A DNA stretch of 64,000 nt from the human T2T-CHM13v2.0 reference genome, Homo sapiens. This document shows, one piece after another, positions 61,866 to 64,000 of this stretch (position 1 is the first letter of the stretch; every line of letters begins with the position of its first letter). Both the position numbers and the translations under genes were made by a program. The stretch lies in the NCBI RefSeq assembly GCF_009914755.1, contig NC_060926.1; one strand, given 5' to 3'. The notes below the pieces were generated by a model. It saw only the letters and a program-made list of their open reading frames with translations. It searched no databases and had not been told where the DNA came from.

Positions 61866-62589
61866 TTCTTGAGGCATTTTACTGGACATTTTAGAAAATT
61901 TAGTATAAAATTATTTTAGAGACAGGTAGCAGATCTCAAATGCAGAACTTATTCAAGATTTGTAATGTGAAAGTTTCTTCTAGGATGGATATATCAACCC
62001 AGTAAAACAAACAAATCTCTGTTCTTTAAAAATAAAAGTTGTTTGTTCCTCTCTTCATTCCCAATTTGTTATCCAAAATAGAAACAAATAAATTATTTAA
62101 ACTATTGTAGTATATTTGCTTTCATTTACATTACTGTATTGTCTTATAATTTATTTTTCAAAAATGTTTGACCATTGCCTTGTAAATGTGACTATGGACA
62201 CTACTCTGAAATATAACTGAGGCTACATTTCTGTGTTGATGTGTATATCTGATTTCATTACATGGTCACATGTGCCTATAAGGTTTTTGGGGACTTTCAC
62301 AACAAACTCAAAATATATTATCCACTAGTTTGTCATCACTCATTCTGAGTTAGAAGTTCTAAACATTAGAGAAATTCTTCTGATTTGATACCAAGATGGA
62401 GCTATTGTTTCCTGAAGGGCGTTTTAAAATATTTAATATTTTACATTAAAATATTTTAAAGAAAATATTTCTTAAAATTTTGAATTTTTAAGAATGTGTC
62501 TATCAGTGTCCCTTTGCAATAACATCAGGAAAATGTTTTCAAAAAAATGTTGTTAGAATAATTTCATTCCTTTATCACACCTCATTATG

Positions 62590-63313
62590 ACAGTATTCGA
62601 GTGACTATCAGAACTACAGATCAGAATATTAAAAGGGTTATCTGACTGAATAATCATCATTAAACCAAATATACATGACTTGTAAGAGATCCATCCTAAT
62701 CTAAAAGAAACAAAGTGGTTTAAATAGAAAGAGTGAAAAAAATATATATCATGCAAAAGCCACCCTAAAGAAAGTTGATGTCACTATATTAGTGTCAAAC
62801 AAGGTAGGTATTAATATAATAAGAATTACTTGAAATAAAGTTAGAGTAGGACACTTTACAACAATAAAAATGTCAATTTACCAGTAAGATAAAAAAATTC
62901 TAAATTTGGATGCACTTAATACTATAGCCTCAATAGAATAAAGAAAAAATTAACACAACTAAAAGGAAGTATACACAAATATACAAATGTTGAAACACAT
63001 TAAGATATCTTTGTCATTGATCAGTGTAGAAGTAGAACAAATAGTAAATAAAGTCAGTAAGGATATAGAAGATCTAAATGAAATTTTGTCCTAATTGGCA
63101 TTAAAAAGAACACTACCTCCAACCACTGTAGAATATGCTTTCTTTTAAAATACTCATAGAACATTTATTACCATTGACCCTATGCTAGGTCATAAAGCAA
63201 AAATAAACTACTTTCAAAGGATTTAAGTCACATAAAATGTGGTCACTGATCATAGTGGAATTAAACTAGAAATTGACAATAAAATAGTAAATATAAAATA
63301 TCCAAAAGAAATA
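62590..63313 (+). mobile_element. Ancient L1M ORF2 endonuclease region
   Basis: aagtcagtaaggatatagaagatct, attgaccctatgctaggtcataaa, tgatcatagtggaattaaactagaaat. Confidence 0.8.
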
Positions 63314-64000
63314 TTTTTTCTTTTTTAAATTTTTTTAATTTATTTTTATTTATTTTTATTTTATTTTATTTTTTGCCAGCACTGTTCTTTATTGCACTAG
63401 GGTGCCACCGTCTTATTTTATTTTATTTTTTTAATTATACTTTAAGTTTTAGGGTACATGTGCACATTGTGCAGGTTAGTTGCGTATGTATACATGTGCC
63501 ATGCTGGTGCGCTGCACCCACTAACTCGCCATCTAGCATTAGGTATATCTCCCAATGCTATCCCTCCCCCCTCCCCCCACCCCACAACAGTCCCCAGAGT
63601 GTGATATTCATCACTGGCCATCAGAGAAATGCAAATCAAAACCACAATGAGATACCATCTCACACCAGTTAGAATGGCGATCATTAAAAAGTCAGGAAAC
63701 AACAGGTGCTGGAGAGGATGTGGAGAAATAGGAACAGTTTTACACTGTTGGTGGGACTGTAAACTAGTTCAACCATTGTGGAAGTCAGTGTGGCGATTCC
63801 TCAGGGATCTAGAACTAGAAATACCATTTGACCCAGCCATCCCATTACTGGGTATATACCCAAAGGACTATAAATCATGCTGCTATAAAGACACATGCAC
63901 ACGTATGTTTATTGCGGCATTAGTCACAATAGCAAAGACTTGGAACCAACCCAAATGTCCAACAATGATAGACTGGATTAAGAAAATGTGGCACATATAC
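63314..64000 (-). mobile_element. L1PA2-like LINE-1 with a 3' transduction and 5' inversion (runs off the window)
   Basis: Minus 3'UTR 63432-63609 with young diagnostics (cacattgtgcaggttag, ggtgcgctgcacccactaactcg, cccaatgc); flips to plus-strand ORF2 C-terminus at 63610. Confidence 0.95.

Overview
This is AT-rich hominid (human/great-ape-like) nuclear DNA, intronic or intergenic. I recognise no cellular protein-coding gene, RNA gene or prokaryotic-type system. Much of the window is transposon-derived. Young elements: a full-length SVA (10812-12346); a full-length L1PA7-like LINE (39484-48181, minus) with a younger L1PA4-like copy nested in its ORF1; an L1PA3-like 3' fragment; an L1PA2-like element at the right edge carrying both a 3' transduction and a twin-priming inversion; and seven Alus. 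Older elements: several LTRs (MSTA, THE1D, MER31, MER39, LTR16, MLT1) and many L1M, L2, MIR and MER fragments. The longer ORFs in the track lie almost entirely in these repeats. The most notable observations are an intact, extended ORF0 homolog in the L1PA7 antisense 5'UTR; the 38-nt 3' transduction; a nested L1 insertion that deleted rather than duplicated its target; an identical nonsense mutation in two neighbouring L1s of different subfamilies; about 0.8 kb of host L1 missing exactly at the SVA site; and a speculative chain of plus-strand exon-like segments. Subfamily names come from recalled consensus diagnostics, and boundaries of old elements are approximate.
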